A program made the translations under genes and the position numbers. DNA of 64,000 nucleotides from Thalia democratica. Taxonomy: Eukaryota. Under the pieces are notes generated by a model. It was not told where the DNA came from. It saw only the letters and a program-made list of their open reading frames with translations, and did no database searches. Below, piece by piece: positions 63,881-64,000 of the stretch. Each line of letters begins with the position of its first letter. Within the stretch, counting starts at the first letter, position 1. The DNA is taken from positions 5,456,001 through 5,520,000 of the forward strand of contig OZ241827.1 of assembly GCA_965202585.1 (NCBI GenBank), written 5' to 3'.

Positions 63881-64000
63881 TTCCGTATTTGGATTCCAGG
63901 TTAGCAACTTCAGTGTTCAACGCACTGCAAGTAGTTTGTTTCAAAGGATTGACTTTATTTGCATGCCCAGCCCAAAGTAATCCCAACAATACAAACACGA
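63881..64000 (-). CDS. Secreted C-type lectin, signal-peptide exon (5' end lies beyond the window)
   Basis: Reads VFVLLGLLWAGHANKVNPLKQTTCSALNTEVANLESKYG, a hydrophobic signal peptide with an AxH-A-like cleavage site. The phase-1 donor A|GTTTGA matches the phase of the next exon. Confidence 0.8.

Overview
Very AT-rich, intron-containing eukaryotic (animal) genomic DNA. There are no prokaryotic features, RNA genes or CRISPR arrays. The lectin sequence style tentatively suggests an invertebrate chordate such as an ascidian (inference). About 0-53 kb is mostly non-coding and built from decayed non-autonomous transposon and repeat families that I could align by eye. These are hAT-type MITEs with 8-bp TSDs, a 2.7-kb hAT element nested inside a SINE-like repeat, a pogo/Tigger-like MITE pair, and several unclassified families. 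One family (C, about 12 copies) carries palindromic RFX X-box-like 14-mers, amplified as a 24-bp tandem array, next to CRE-like TGACGTMA sites. These families recur in the same order and orientation across about 4-27 kb. Two genes can be reconstructed at the right end. (1) A + strand 4-exon gene (53347-59206) encodes a roughly 1,427-aa Lys/Glu-rich orphan protein with a mitochondrial-presequence-like N-terminus and three internal motif families. (2) A convergent - strand secreted single-domain C-type lectin (61428 to >64000) has non-canonical EPH/FND motifs, an apparent GC-AG intron, and two relic copies of half of one of its exons inside that intron. A few further exon-like islands (30.9-32.0, 44.0, 47.5 and 50.2 kb) could not be assembled into genes. 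Almost all short ORFs in the supplied track are spurious.
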